From Candidatus Bathyarchaeota archaeon (lineage in GTDB: Archaea; Thermoproteota; Bathyarchaeia; Bathyarchaeales; WUQV01), in the NCBI GenBank assembly GCA_029934005.1, contig JAOZNA010000003.1, forward strand, positions 1 to 33,487: DNA of 33,487 bases. The letters are read 5' to 3'. This document shows positions 16,544 to 26,613 of this stretch, piece after piece (position 1 is the stretch's first letter; each line of letters begins with the position of its first letter). Under the pieces are notes generated by a model that was not told the DNA's origin, did no database searches, and worked only from the letters and a program-made list of their open reading frames with translations. The position numbers were made by a program, and so were the translations under genes.

Positions 16544-17677
16544 TTATTTCAAGTAGCAAATCATATGGAGAAAGAAGAGCTTATTCCAACATTTCCAGAC
16601 ATTGAAAAAGTTTGAGTTAAGAAAAACATCAATATTCCAAAGCATTTTATCTCTAATCTTTACCAGTTTGTTCCTTTTCAGCGGCTCTCCATCAGGCAAA
16701 GAATCGATGTCATTCATTATTTGAATTGCAAAATTTCTTTGTTTTTCACGTAACTTTTCAACTTTCCTTATTAATTCTCTTTGCATTTTTTTATAATTGG
16801 CTAAGAGGCCCTCAAACTTCATTAAAATTTTGTCAGCCGTTATTTCGTCTGTTCTGATGCAATATTCCGTAAATCCTACACTTTCTGAAAAAGCAAAACA
16901 TTTCGGTCTATATTCGAGGCAAATAAATGGAGTGCCTACGGCCGCACTGAAGATTAATGAATGTAACTTTTCTCCAATCAATACTTTACATGTGGAGATA
17001 AATTCGAGGACTGAATCGAAATTAAACCATTCCTTGAATATTTCAGCGCCCGATAATGCTGCTAATTTCCTTATATACGGAACATTTTCTCTCCAAAACG
17101 GAATAAGTGTCACTTGATAGCCCTTTGTTTTTAAAGTTTTCGTAAATTTGCTAACTTCTTTTAAAACTTTCTCTTCGTTTCCTCCCCATAATAAACCATC
17201 TGAACCTATGTTAATTGCTACTCTTTTTTCATAACGTTTTTTATGCAGACCAACTCCTAAATTTAAACATGGGTCACCTATAACTTCTGATTTCAGTTCC
17301 CAACGTTCCAATAAAGCTTTTGAAACATTGTCTCTGACGCCCAGAAATCTAAACTCAAAGCTTCGCATCCTATCAATAATTAGTGAATCAAATCTCCCCC
17401 AAAAAGACGGATTTCTCACCCCAACCCCGAAGGCATAGTTATATTTCATCGGTTTAACTGTCACTGTAAAATGGGGTAACAATGTACCTCCGCCAAAAAA
17501 GCATATTTGCGGATATATATTGTGAAAATTTTTCATGTTCTCTGCGAACTTTTGGTCTGATAATATGAATTGATATTTACTGAAAATGCTTTGTATGACT
17601 CTGTATGATGCATCATCTCCTAAATTTTGATTACCTACCCATCCTATGTAGTAAATTGGAATTTTTTTAAAGCCCAA
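16544..17677 (-). CDS. Polysaccharide pyruvyl transferase family protein (CsaB/WcaK-like)
   Basis: 377 aa with only a TTG start in frame. Motifs: IYYIGWVGNQNLGDDA near the N-terminus and GEKLHSLIFSAAVGTPFICLEYRPKC near the C-terminal third. Confidence 0.8.
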   Translation of the reverse strand: MGFKKIPIYYIGWVGNQNLGDDASYRVIQSIFSKYQFILSDQKFAENMKNFHNIYPQICFFGGGTLLPHFTVTVKPMKYNYAFGVGVRNPSFWGRFDSLIIDRMRSFEFRFLGVRDNVSKALLERWELKSEVIGDPCLNLGVGLHKKRYEKRVAINIGSDGLLWGGNEEKVLKEVSKFTKTLKTKGYQVTLIPFWRENVPYIRKLAALSGAEIFKEWFNFDSVLEFISTCKVLIGEKLHSLIFSAAVGTPFICLEYRPKCFAFSESVGFTEYCIRTDEITADKILMKFEGLLANYKKMQRELIRKVEKLREKQRNFAIQIMNDIDSLPDGEPLKRNKLVKIRDKMLWNIDVFLNSNFFNVWKCWNKLFFLHMICYLK

Positions 17678-17826
17678 AATCCCATATCCCTTATGATGTT
17701 AATGTACAATCGATAGAGAGTACAATTTAAAATTCATGGCTCATCATTCCAAAAACTTGTTCAACATAGTTTTTATTATATAAGATTTACAAGCTGCAAA
17801 GCGTATTTTGTTGATGTAATTAAATT

Positions 17827-18375
17827 TTAGATAACCTGTATGCAAATATCAAAACTGAAGGTTTTTACATCGTTTTCAATCAGGAAATCTATGAAATCAT
17901 CTGAGTCTGCAACCTTCAGTGTTAAAGTTAGTTCCAGAGTTTGGTTTGGATGTATTAAAGTTTCATTTAGACTTACCTTTAATGTTAAATAATCCGTCTT
18001 ATTTACTGGGCCTTTAACTATTTTTCCCTGTGAATTGTTAAAAGCCCAATTCATCGTTTTTATAATTAACATGGCATCAACATTACTTCTACTAGTCACA
18101 TTTAAAGTTCGGTTTACCATAATCCCTGGATAAACAGTTCCCCAATCTAAGAATTTTTGGTCATTACTCAACTCTTTTAGGTCGCCCCCATAGACTTCAA
18201 CATTAATTGTGTGAATTGTTCCAATACTTGGAAGGTAGATATCGCTGTTGTGGCTTAGCCATATGGAAAGTAAAGTTTGAAGTAAAATGGTGATCAAAAC
18301 TGCTGCAATTATTGACAATAATGTTTTCTTGTTTTGTTTAATAGTGTCGGCCAGGAATTGAAAAGAAATTTTCAT
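17827..18375 (-). CDS. Small signal-anchored secreted beta-sandwich protein (paralog family member 2), rich in N-x-S/T sequons
   Basis: The track start at 18384 is TTG; ATG at 18375 gives MKISFQF.... The TM segment is LLSIIAAVLITILLQTLLSIWL. The domain is collinear with 9645-10130 (LDWGTVYPGIMVNRTLNVTS ... LELTLTLKV ... FSFDICIQV). Six sequons are present: NRT, NVT, NNS, NKT, NET, NQT. Confidence 0.8.
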   Translation of the reverse strand: MKISFQFLADTIKQNKKTLLSIIAAVLITILLQTLLSIWLSHNSDIYLPSIGTIHTINVEVYGGDLKELSNDQKFLDWGTVYPGIMVNRTLNVTSRSNVDAMLIIKTMNWAFNNSQGKIVKGPVNKTDYLTLKVSLNETLIHPNQTLELTLTLKVADSDDFIDFLIENDVKTFSFDICIQVI

Positions 18376-18414
18376 TGATTTCAACCAACAATAAGTAGGG
18401 GTATTTTATATTAA

Positions 18415-20001
18415 TTAAGGGTTATGATATATTTCATTTGATAGTTTTTCCATAAGGGCTAGCGGGACATTTATCAATTTCGATATAATTCCTAGGCCTG
18501 AAAATATCATTCTAAGATTATAGATGTCTGCCTGATTAATTGCACCCATGATTGGAGCTGTAACTACATATGTCGCGAGAAATGTTAAGCCTCCTATTAT
18601 CAGTTGAATCCAATCTGTGTATGTTATCAAACTTATAACTAAAAATGTGGCTGTTGCCGCAAGGGTTGATGCTGCAAGGATTCTGAATGATGAATTTACA
18701 TTTGCTTTAACTTTGTAATGTTTCCATACCCAATATAGCCCTAAGCATATGCTTGGTATTCCCGCTACTATACCAGTTAATATTAGTCCAACTATCCCCA
18801 TGTTAGGTATCAGTAAAAGAGCTAGTGGCACTCCGAATAGGAAATTTATTAGGGATAGTTTTAGCTGAGTTTTGGTTTCGCCTAGCCCCATCAGTAAGCT
18901 TCCCAAGCTTAGACTTCCGAAGATCATGAAAAGGTAGTTTATCACATATAGAGTGAGGAGGAAGGGTGCATCTCTCCATTTTTCGCCAAAGAGCGTACTC
19001 ACCATAGGCTTTGACAGAACCATCATTGCGACCGTAGTTGGAACAAGCATTAACGACATATATTTGACTGATGATGTAAATACCGTTTGAAGTAATTCTA
19101 ACTCACTTTTTGGATTAATTTTTGAGAATGCTGGAAACAGCACGGTTGATACTGGAATTGTAAAGAATGTTAACACGGTGGCAAATTGGGTTGCTGCTTG
19201 ATAATTTCCTATAACGGTGTCGGTGCAGTAAATAGCCATCATGAAAGCATAGAATTGTGCTAAAAGTCCGGTTATGATCCACGATAATGAAAGGGGGACT
19301 CCATAATGTAACATTTTCTTTAAGGTTTTAGTGATGCTTATTTTCTGGGGATTCTTTTTCTTTATTTTTCTGATTATGGTTAGGTATAGTATCACAAGAC
19401 CTACTATAGCTGATATCAAAAAGGAAACCGTATGCCCAAGGATTACTCCTAATGCGCCATAGCCTATTAGTACTAGAAAGGGAGATGCTGTGCTTTTTAC
19501 TATAGCTTGACATATATTTGTTAAGCTTTTTAATTCCATTCTTTCGAAGCCTGTGAAGCTTGACTGTGTAGCTCTAAGGAGGGCTTCTGCAAAGATCGTA
19601 GTAGAGGCTATTGCTATTAACGGCGCTGCCTCCGGTCTGCTGAAAATTGTTGAAGCGATAGAGTTCGAAAGGAGAATTAAGATTATTGACAAAATCAAGC
19701 CCGCTGTTACCTCAAAAAGTATACCTGTTACAATTATTTCGTAAATATTTTCTTCCTTATTTTCAACCCGTAAACTAGCTGTATATTTAGTTATAGCCGA
19801 ATTAACCCCCCAATCTCGAAAGAGAATGGCCGTATATGCTGGAATTAAAGCTATAGAGTATAACCCATATTCCTCGGGCGTTATGAGCCTCACCAAGATT
19901 AGTGTACCTATAGCCATAATCAGCGTTGATCCGGCTACGCCTATAAATAGTTGAAAGACTCCAGTTGCAGATTTCTTGCCGATTTCTAAGGCTTTTTGCA
20001 T
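18415..20001 (-). CDS. Wzx-like oligo/polysaccharide flippase (MOP superfamily polysaccharide biosynthesis protein)
   Basis: 528 aa with an ATG start and about 14 hydrophobic helices throughout. The N-terminal segment GVFQLFIGVAGSTLIMAIGTLILVRLITPEEYGLY is typical of the family. Confidence 0.8.
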   Translation of the reverse strand: MQKALEIGKKSATGVFQLFIGVAGSTLIMAIGTLILVRLITPEEYGLYSIALIPAYTAILFRDWGVNSAITKYTASLRVENKEENIYEIIVTGILFEVTAGLILSIILILLSNSIASTIFSRPEAAPLIAIASTTIFAEALLRATQSSFTGFERMELKSLTNICQAIVKSTASPFLVLIGYGALGVILGHTVSFLISAIVGLVILYLTIIRKIKKKNPQKISITKTLKKMLHYGVPLSLSWIITGLLAQFYAFMMAIYCTDTVIGNYQAATQFATVLTFFTIPVSTVLFPAFSKINPKSELELLQTVFTSSVKYMSLMLVPTTVAMMVLSKPMVSTLFGEKWRDAPFLLTLYVINYLFMIFGSLSLGSLLMGLGETKTQLKLSLINFLFGVPLALLLIPNMGIVGLILTGIVAGIPSICLGLYWVWKHYKVKANVNSSFRILAASTLAATATFLVISLITYTDWIQLIIGGLTFLATYVVTAPIMGAINQADIYNLRMIFSGLGIISKLINVPLALMEKLSNEIYHNP

Positions 20002-20107
20002 GCAACTTTCACTTTAGAGTTTGATTTTCAGAGACCAATGAAATTAAATATCTAAAAAGAAAATTACAATAAAATCATTACTTTAAACTAGTTAACATCG
20101 ATCTCAA

Positions 20108-21090
20108 TTAAAGACCTACTTGATTTTTGTACGCTTGTTCAATTACTTCTAGATCTCTCAATCCATCTTCTTCTGTTGGCGTTGGCATCTTGTTGTGAAC
20201 CAAGCAGTTTACGAAATGTTGAAGTTCTGCAAGGTGGGCTTGATAGAACCGAGATGTATTTGTAGCTAGTATTTGAATTACTGTTAACAGTTTATTTTTA
20301 GGTTTATGTTGCATCTGGGCATGCTTTACAGTTCCGAAAAGTTTGACTTCAAGATGATATTGATGAGAAAACCAGCCCACCGATATAACCGCTTTTGTTC
20401 CATTTTTAAATTTAACTAGACATATTGCTGAATCTTCAAACGGCATGTTAAATCTATAACCTAAATAACTTTTTATACCTATTACTTCACCGAAGTACCA
20501 TCTTAGAAGGTTTATTACATGGCTTCCTAAATCGATAAGAGCTCCTCCTCCCGTCAGTTCTCTGTTAAACCACCATTCTGGCACTTGTCTTGGTGTCAAA
20601 CCTTCAGCTCTATGGAAAAATGGTCCAGAACTTATGTAGGTAGCGTGGGCGATTTCTATGTCGCCCAAAATTCCATTCCGAATTTGCTGTTTCAAGTGTT
20701 GAAACGCTGGATCGAATCTAATCGGATAACCGATCATCAACTTTACTGCGTTTTTCTTTGCCGCAAGACAATTTGCTTTGCTTCTTCAGTATTTCTTGCT
20801 ATTGGCTTTTCTAGGAATGTGTGCTTTTCCGCCTCGGCGGCGCTTTTGGCACATTGAGCATGTAAATGTGTGGGTAATGCTATTATAACTGCGTCTATAG
20901 CCGGGTCTTTTAGAAGCTGTTCATAACTCCCATAAGTTTTTCTGATGCCTGCGGTCTTCGCCATTTTTAGAGCTTTTTTGGATAGATCCGCTACAGCTAT
21001 CAGTTTAGCGTTCGCTAACTTTTTACAGTGTCGAAGATGAATTTTGCCTACGTATCCCAAACCAATTAAACCGAGTCCAAGCTTTCTCAT
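20108..21090 (-). pseudogene. Gfo/Idh/MocA-family NAD(P)-dependent oxidoreductase interrupted by a 1-nt frameshift
   Basis: The N-terminal ORF reads MRKLGLGLIGLGYVGKIH...FLEKPIARNTEEAKQIVLRQRKTQ*. The second frame is open from 20785 and reads ...AAKKNAVKLMIGYPIRFDP.... The canonical family sequence continues across the break near 20762-20770, which is not a homopolymer. Confidence 0.8.
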
Positions 21091-21103
21091 TTTCTCTGCC
21101 TTT

Positions 21104-21996
21104 CTATTCTAATCCTAGTTTCTTGCTTATTCCTGTTTGAATAGCAATGGCGTATGCCCTGCTTAAAAGTTTAGTTTGCAAATTCTTCTTGGGGTAGCGG
21201 GATTTGAAGTATTCGAGTGGTTCACCCCTCGGGATGAAAGTTAAGTTTCCTAAACCTTCCTTACGGGCCAATTGGATATATCTTACTGCTTTCGGGTTCA
21301 CTCTCGCAATTTCCGCTGCCGCAACGTCTATTGCTACATGATCTTGGCTTGCCATTATTAAACCTAGTTTTCGTGGTTGAACCCTTGAAACTATATTTCC
21401 GTCGATTATGCAGAGGTCAAACTTCATTGCTTTGTTAATGGCGACTATTGCTTCATCAAGTACTGGGTGATATTTGTACTTTTTAGGGTAAGGATTGCAA
21501 CCGAAAATATTTTTTAATGCACATGTAATTTTGATTTTTTTATACTGTATTTTATCTTTGGCACGTTAATTTTTAAGTCCGCTTCTTTAATGGTCAGAGG
21601 AACCATTATTTCGAAAGACCGTTCCCCAGCAGTTACACGAACTACACTATATGGATCTTCAGAGAGACTAACAAGATTTACATTGTATTCGTCTGCGAGC
21701 TGCTCGTAACCTAGCATTCTAAAAGCATATTTGCATTGCATTGCAGAAGCATCCGATTCAACGATGGAGATGTTAACGTCAGGCGATATTTCTGAACGGA
21801 TTAAGTTGATTAATGCCCCTACAAACCTCGGATCAGTAGTTTGCCCAGTGGTGTAATCCCAATAATAACATAAGTTCGGTTTGATAACAACCTTTCTTGC
21901 CTTCTTTGGAAAAACATAATTGATGAGGTTTAGTGAACTCTCTATTGCTTTGGTTATATCTGAATTCTTAATCTGTACAAAACTTACGAGACTCAT
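21104..21996 (-). pseudogene. DUF362-like protein split by a -1 frame change inside an A7 run (pseudogene, sequencing error or recoding)
   Basis: The N-terminal part reads (M)SLVSFVQ...VVIKPNLCYY...INVPKIKYSIKKSKLHVH*. The -1 frame is open from 21565 and reads KKIKITCALKNIFGCNPYPK...MKFDLCIIDGNIV...ASQDHVAIDVAAAEIARV. The two frames join at T7 (plus strand) at 21535-21541. Confidence 0.75.
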
Positions 21997-23362
21997 AATA
22001 TTTTTCCTCAATTTTGCCGAGCCCTACCGCCCAATAGTCGAGTTTTCTGCTAAATTCCGTTGGATCAAAAATTCTCCGGCCGTCGATGACTATGGGGTGT
22101 TTCATATTTTTGATAAAATCCTTTGGATTTAACTTTTTAAATTCATCCCATTCTGTTACAATTATACAGCAGTCGGCGTTCTTTATGCAGTTAATCGGTG
22201 AAGAAGTATACTGAATGCTGTTGCCTAACCTTTTTCTTATATTTGGTGTTGCTGCGGGGTCATAGGCGGTGACTCTTGCCCCTTCTTTTAAGAGGGCCTT
22301 AATGATTTTTATGGAGACAGCCTCCCTTATATCGTCAGTATTAGGTTTAAAAGCCAATCCAAGTATAGCCACATGTCTTCCCTTTAGACTTCCAAGAGCT
22401 TCCTTGCATAACTTAATAGCTTTATATGGTTGGGTTTCATTCACCTTGTTAATTGCCTTCAGCAGGATCGGTTTATGACCCAAGCTTTTGCAAAAGGCTA
22501 TTAATGCCTTAATATCTTTTGGCAAGCAACTTCCTCCATATCCTAATCCTGCATTTAAAAACAACCGTCCGATACGCTTATCCAACCCGATGCCTTTAGC
22601 TACTACTGTTACATCTACGCCTGGAATTCTTTCACAAATGTCAGCGATGTGATTGATAAAGCTTATTTTCATGGCTAAGAAAGCGTTGTTGGCATATTTA
22701 ATAAGTTCAGCTGTTGAAAGGTTTGTTCTTAAAAGCGGAGGCGTTTGTTCACCATGTAGGTTTCGATACAGCATCTCTAACATGTCACCAGATTTTTTGT
22801 CATATTCACCAATTATAATGCGGTCGGGATGTAAAGTATCATTAACTGCCGATCCTTCCCGTAAAAATTCAGGATTTACACAGATTCCCCATTCTTCGCC
22901 GCAACGCTTGCCAGACTGTTTCTCAATAATGGGTTTAACAACATTTTCCGTTGTTCCGGGAATAACTGTGCTTTTAACGACGATTAAATGGTAATTTTCT
23001 TTTTCTTTCAATGCTTTCCCAATTTCGCGAGCTGCATTCTTAACATATTGTAGATTTATACTTCCATCACGCTTGCTAGGGGTTCCAACAGCAATGAAGG
23101 TAATGTCCGTCTTTAAAATAGCTTCTTTGCAGTCCAAAGTGCATTCTAAATAGCCCTCTTTCAAGTTTTCTTGTAAAAGATCTTTTAAGCCAGCTTCGTG
23201 GAAAGGAGGAATTCCCTTATTTATTAATATTACTTTCTTAGAGTCATGATCTATTGCAATTACCTTATACCCCTTACTGGCAAATCCTACCGCTATGCAT
23301 AAACCGACATAACCTGCTCCAATAATGGATATACGTTGTCTTGTCATAAAGGCTGCTTCCAT
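21968..23362 (-). CDS. ugd: UDP-glucose/GDP-mannose dehydrogenase family enzyme, probably UDP-glucose 6-dehydrogenase
   Basis: 464 aa. Motifs: ISIIGAGYVGL (Rossmann), GYGGSCLPKDIKAL (catalytic Cys motif), ILGLAFKPNTDDIRE. The alternative start M6 at 23347 looks more typical. The gene is adjacent to galU. Confidence 0.85.
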   Translation of the reverse strand: MEAAFMTRQRISIIGAGYVGLCIAVGFASKGYKVIAIDHDSKKVILINKGIPPFHEAGLKDLLQENLKEGYLECTLDCKEAILKTDITFIAVGTPSKRDGSINLQYVKNAAREIGKALKEKENYHLIVVKSTVIPGTTENVVKPIIEKQSGKRCGEEWGICVNPEFLREGSAVNDTLHPDRIIIGEYDKKSGDMLEMLYRNLHGEQTPPLLRTNLSTAELIKYANNAFLAMKISFINHIADICERIPGVDVTVVAKGIGLDKRIGRLFLNAGLGYGGSCLPKDIKALIAFCKSLGHKPILLKAINKVNETQPYKAIKLCKEALGSLKGRHVAILGLAFKPNTDDIREAVSIKIIKALLKEGARVTAYDPAATPNIRKRLGNSIQYTSSPINCIKNADCCIIVTEWDEFKKLNPKDFIKNMKHPIVIDGRRIFDPTEFSRKLDYWAVGLGKIEEKYYESRKFCTD

Positions 23363-23388
23363 TAATTACATTCACTTCTAACTGAAAG

Positions 23389-24231
23389 CTATAATATTGT
23401 TCTCAGCATTTTAATGTAGTTTTCAGCAGTACCTATATCTATTCGCTTTTCATTATCTTGCAATTCTATAGCATAAACTTTGCATTGCCAGTCTATTAAT
23501 AGTTGGAGAGCATCAGTCAATTGTACTTCGCCGTTTTCATCCGGACGCGTTTTTTCAATAGCTCGATGTATCACTGGTTGAAAAATGTACACTGCAACGA
23601 TGGCCAGCCTCGATGGAGGTTTTTTGGGTTTTTCAATGACTTCTGAGACCTCTAGAATCCCTGGACTAACTTCTCGTCCATTGATAACTCCATATTTCTG
23701 TGGATTTTCAACCTTCTCAATTAGGAAAACTGCATCAGCATCGTATTTCTTAAACGCATTTAAAAGTCTTTTAAGATGGTTTCTGTTCTGGGATAGGATT
23801 AAATCATCGCCTGCATGCAGCAAAAAGGGCTCGTTTTGGGTAAATACTGACGCTTTATGTACGGCGTCCCCGAAACCTGCTGGAACTGGCTGATTTATGA
23901 AGACTATTGTTGAGTTTTTTATTTTTTCATAGAAATCTTGCAGTTCTTTGGCTAAACCATCTTTATTTTTGCTTTTAAGGTACTCTATGAAATTGTAGTC
24001 TGGTGAAAAGTAGTCTTCTATTGCTCTTTTTCCTCTACCAACTATAAAGGCGAATTCTCTGAAACCTTCACTGTAAAGTTGCTCGAAAACTGCGTGTAAC
24101 ATGGGTTTTAGACATAGTGTTCCGTTCGTTCCAACGCTAACTATTGGAAGCATTTCTTTAGGCATTTCTTTTGTGGCTGGTAAGAGTCTGGTGCCGAGTC
24201 CTGCTGCGGGAACTACAACTTTTCTAATCAT
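23389..24231 (-). CDS. galU: UTP--glucose-1-phosphate uridylyltransferase (sugar-1-phosphate nucleotidyltransferase)
   Basis: 280 aa with an ATG start and GGTGA 4-5 nt upstream. Motifs: KVVVPAAGLGTRLLPATKEMPKEMLPI, GFGDAV, LLHAGDDL. Confidence 0.85.
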   Translation of the reverse strand: MIRKVVVPAAGLGTRLLPATKEMPKEMLPIVSVGTNGTLCLKPMLHAVFEQLYSEGFREFAFIVGRGKRAIEDYFSPDYNFIEYLKSKNKDGLAKELQDFYEKIKNSTIVFINQPVPAGFGDAVHKASVFTQNEPFLLHAGDDLILSQNRNHLKRLLNAFKKYDADAVFLIEKVENPQKYGVINGREVSPGILEVSEVIEKPKKPPSRLAIVAVYIFQPVIHRAIEKTRPDENGEVQLTDALQLLIDWQCKVYAIELQDNEKRIDIGTAENYIKMLRTIL

Positions 24232-24262
24232 TTAATCACCAATTAAATTTTCAAGAAATAGT

Positions 24263-25393
24263 CTAATTCAGTAATTCTTCATACACCCTAAGTATTTTTC
24301 TAGCGACAATCTCTAAAGAATATTTTTCTATAACGACTTTTCTTCCTTGCTTTCCCAGCTTCTGTCTAAATTTTTCATCTTCTAAAAGAAGTTGAATGGC
24401 ATTTGCCAGTTTTACACTGTTGTTAGGTGGAACTAGAATTCCATTTTTGTAGCTACTAATAATCTCGGGGATTCCTCCAATACTCGATGCCACAACAGGG
24501 GTTTCACATGCTAAAGATTCTAAAATCACGTTTCCAAAGGATTCGCTTAAAGAAGGCACAATAACGACCGACGCAGACTGATAATACTTCACTAACTCAT
24601 CAGATTTCTTGGGACCCAAATATCTAACCTTATGAGACGTTTTTTCATTTATTTCAGTAATCAACTTGGCTACTTTCTTATGGTAATCTGATTTTCCAAC
24701 CAATGGACCTATAATTAAAAGCTCAACTGGTACGCGTATATGTTTAAGCGACTCAAGAAGAACATGAAGTCCCTTATATTTTTCAATTCTACCCACAAAC
24801 AACAATCTATTCTCGACTTTTTCCTTTCCAGGCCTAAAAGTGGAGACGTTTATTGCGTTAGGAATAATTTTAAGTCTACTTTTGGGAATGTCTAAATCTA
24901 GAAGTAAATGTAAAACGTATCTTGATTGGGCAATATAGACATCGGCAATTTTCTTAAGTATCCGCCTGCAGACAACATTTCTCTTGAAAATCGAATAAGT
25001 CACATTTAAGCATCTAAGATGAAACACTTTAGGCTTGCAAACTTTATATAAGAACACGGGAAAACTCAAATCTGTTTCATTGTGAAAATGTAATATATCG
25101 TATTCCTCGACAATATAGGTATGATTTCTTGGAACAAAGTTTATCATAAAGTTAATTTTGTTATGACGTAGTTTCCAAGGCAGAAAAGCAATGGTTGGCA
25201 CTCTAACAACATTTAAACCATTTATCTTTTCAATTTTTTGGAAATGTGCCGGTTTCATTTTTCCGTCTAAATTAAAGGTCATGATATCAGTAGATATTCC
25301 AATTTCATTTAGTTTGAGGGAAAGATTTTCTATTTGGGCTTCAGAACCGCCGATTATTGGGTGATAGAAAGGAGTTACCATTAATACCTTCAT
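24263..25393 (-). CDS. GT4-family glycosyltransferase
   Basis: The track start at 25402 is GTG; ATG at 25393 gives MKVLMVTPFYHPIIGGSE. The C-terminal EX7E region is SLSESFGNVILESLACETPVVASSIGGIPEI. Confidence 0.85.
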   Translation of the reverse strand: MKVLMVTPFYHPIIGGSEAQIENLSLKLNEIGISTDIMTFNLDGKMKPAHFQKIEKINGLNVVRVPTIAFLPWKLRHNKINFMINFVPRNHTYIVEEYDILHFHNETDLSFPVFLYKVCKPKVFHLRCLNVTYSIFKRNVVCRRILKKIADVYIAQSRYVLHLLLDLDIPKSRLKIIPNAINVSTFRPGKEKVENRLLFVGRIEKYKGLHVLLESLKHIRVPVELLIIGPLVGKSDYHKKVAKLITEINEKTSHKVRYLGPKKSDELVKYYQSASVVIVPSLSESFGNVILESLACETPVVASSIGGIPEIISSYKNGILVPPNNSVKLANAIQLLLEDEKFRQKLGKQGRKVVIEKYSLEIVARKILRVYEELLN

Positions 25394-25434
25394 GATAGTC
25401 ACTATCTGCTAGAACATAAAGCAACAATAGCTAA

Positions 25435-26583
25435 CTAGTATAACTGATCAATTTGCGAACAGTAATCGGCAAATATTCGAATGAAATTTTTACGAAAGTT
25501 CAAGTCCGAAAACCTTTGAACTATTCGATTCATCTTTTTCGCCTCTTTAACAGACCACGTATCAATTGATTTTCCAACTTTCTCCGCAGCTTCATATAGA
25601 TCTTTATAAATAAACTCTCTCGGTACGTACTCTTTTGCACCACCCACATGATAGACCACGGGTATGCAACCCATAGCCATTGCTTCAGCTATAGAGATTC
25701 CAAAATGTTCAACTGTCGGCGGATGTAAATAGACCTTCGCCTTTCCTAAAATCTTCTTTAAATCTTCCTTAGAAATGTTCGTTAAGACCTTAACTTTATC
25801 CTTCAAGCCTAAACGTTCAATTTCTGCATTTATCTTTCTCAATGTATCTTTATCGTGAAGAAAACCGACTATTGTAAATTTTACATCATTTTTCCGCAAC
25901 ATACTTGCAATTAGAGGAATTGTTTCAAGTCTTTTATAATCTGTAATTCGCCCAACAGTTACGACAAGATTCTTCCGATTCTTCTTTCCGTAAACGTTTA
26001 AAGCATTCAAAAACAAAGATGAAATGGGAGGATACAGCACTTCAGCATCCACTCCCATAGCCTTTTTAATAACCCCCGAAGTAAATTGGCTGTTGGCGAG
26101 AAGTAACTTTCTATCATACTTCTCAAAATTCCTTTCAAAGAATACGTATGGCCAATTAATCGCATGACTCAGAACTTCTCTTCTTTTCGCTAAATTTAAA
26201 TACGGAAAATTCTGTTTGAAGAAAGGACTTCCAAGATATGGAAAATGGACGTATGAAACATCCGTCCAAGGAAAAACATAATTTGAATATGTATCAACCA
26301 CCAAATCACACTTCAATTTCAAAGCTAAAAGTTTAAAAGCAATTTCGTAAAGGTTCACGATACTTCGAGATCTCAAAATTGAAGACTTCAAAATTATTTT
26401 TACGCCGTCTGGCAGCTTTTCACCCATAATCTCAGATAATTTATGTTGATCAATCAAATTTCGGGTAAATAAGATAACATCATATCCATTTTCTGCCAAA
26501 GCATTAACTACCGACAGAGTTACCGCCACAGATCCGCCGAAGGATTCCAAACGCATCGGAGGATGAAAAACGCCAACAATCAT
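25435..26583 (-). CDS. GT4-family glycosyltransferase
   Basis: 382 aa with an ATG start. The EX7E region is PTVEHFGISIAEAMAMGCIPVVYHVGGAKEYV. Confidence 0.85.
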   Translation of the reverse strand: MIVGVFHPPMRLESFGGSVAVTLSVVNALAENGYDVILFTRNLIDQHKLSEIMGEKLPDGVKIILKSSILRSRSIVNLYEIAFKLLALKLKCDLVVDTYSNYVFPWTDVSYVHFPYLGSPFFKQNFPYLNLAKRREVLSHAINWPYVFFERNFEKYDRKLLLANSQFTSGVIKKAMGVDAEVLYPPISSLFLNALNVYGKKNRKNLVVTVGRITDYKRLETIPLIASMLRKNDVKFTIVGFLHDKDTLRKINAEIERLGLKDKVKVLTNISKEDLKKILGKAKVYLHPPTVEHFGISIAEAMAMGCIPVVYHVGGAKEYVPREFIYKDLYEAAEKVGKSIDTWSVKEAKKMNRIVQRFSDLNFRKNFIRIFADYCSQIDQLY

Positions 26584-26613
26584 TTATTTTTCTTCCTTCT
26601 CTAGAAACTCTGA

